Shown here piece by piece: positions 63,058-64,000 of a stretch of DNA of 64,000 nucleotides. A program made the position numbers and the translations under genes. The DNA lies in contig OX597815.1 of the NCBI GenBank assembly GCA_951406725.2, positions 206,522,001 to 206,586,000 of the forward strand, given 5' to 3'. Origin of the DNA: Octopus vulgaris (taxonomy: Eukaryota). Below the pieces are notes generated by a model. It searched no databases. It was given only the letters and a program-made list of their open reading frames with translations, and had not been told where the DNA came from. The number at the start of each line of letters is the position of its first letter. Positions within the stretch are counted from its first letter, which is position 1.

Positions 63058-63480
63058 CAGGGTCGCATTAAGACCCATAGAGACCTTAAGCACTTAAAAA
63101 ATGTTGCTGTCCTCTTTATATGTAATTCAAAATATTATCAATAAACCATAGAATAAATTTTTATTTTTCAAAATGATTCGAAACTCACAGGAAAGCGGAA
63201 AATGATATTTAATTTTGTACACTTCCACCCCATATTAGAAAAATTTTCTCCTCCTTTTCTTAATTACAAAGTTTTTGATCAGATCCTCACTTGTGACATT
63301 ATGAACACTTCGAAATTCTATTTCCGATCATATAAACCGCTTCGAATATTATTTTTGCAAGTTTAAAATGATTCCTTTTGTGCCGTAAACTATTTACGAT
63401 TTATGTGGTGCCTCCGCTCCCCATGATACCCTAAGGACGTGCTTATTTTGCTTAACGGTTAATCCATCGCATATATATGC

Positions 63481-63685
63481 GGCGAGCTGGTAGAAACGTT
63501 AGCACGCCGGGCGAAATGCGTAGCCGTATTTCGTCTGCCGTTACGTTCTGAGTTCAAATTCCGCCGAGGTCGACTTTGCCTTTCATCCTTTCGGAGTCGA
63601 TAAATTAAGTATCAGTTACGCACTGGGGTCGTAATTGACTTAATCCCTTTGTCTGTCCTTGTTTGTCCCCTCTGTGTTTAGCCCA
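63481..63685 (+). mobile_element. SINE family C
   Basis: ggcgagctggtagaaacgttagcacgccgggcg...gagttcaaattccgccgaggtcgactttgcctttcatcc. Confidence 0.88.
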
Positions 63686-63702
63686 TGAAATAGATATATA
63701 TT

Positions 63703-63766
<64 letters not shown>

Positions 63767-64000
63767 TCTGTCTGTGAATTAATACGTGTGTGTATGTGTA
63801 TGAATAATTGCTTCTGTTTTAATGAGACAATTAAACTAAACCATGTTCTGTGGTGAGTTAAGTATCCCTTGATTGTGTCAACGCAAGTTGCTCCGAAGTT
63901 TGCGAAAAATGTGAGGCTATCAGATAAATTTCGATAATTTCGGCTTCAATCCACTTAATCTTTGAATATTGGTTTCTTTTCTTCGAGTGCAGTTTTATAA

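Overview
Eukaryotic, AT-rich, extremely microsatellite- and transposon-dense genomic DNA. The SINE families and repeat landscape suggest a coleoid cephalopod such as Octopus (inference, not verified). Almost all ORFs in the supplied track are microsatellite translation artefacts. Host gene: one five-exon minus-strand cyclin (359 aa, Cyclin O-like; coding exons 50632-50582, 47710-47339, 44915-44730, 43640-43435, 43082-42818). Mobile elements: (1) a structurally complete 2,854-bp hAT/Buster transposon (11135-13988) with perfect 16-bp TIRs, an 8-bp TSD and an open 610-aa transposase; (2) many tRNA-derived SINEs, non-autonomous Helitrons, Mutator-like MITEs and solo LTRs; (3) decayed mariner/maT, pogo, RTE, CR1-like, R4/Dong, Helitron and Penelope-like (GIY-YIG) relics. 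The most interesting signal is a set of short non-coding fold-back inserts, mostly in or next to (TA)n/(CA)n tracts. Several of these inserts, and other short non-coding segments, carry type I hammerhead ribozyme folds. Two have canonical cores (47022-47113 +, 62646-62716 -), one pair has a compensatory G3-C8 core (54760-54883), and several are degenerate. Together with a fold-back that captures GIY-YIG coding sequence, this points to a Penelope-driven, ribozyme-bearing, microsatellite-associated element system. All structures were read by eye and none is experimentally tested.
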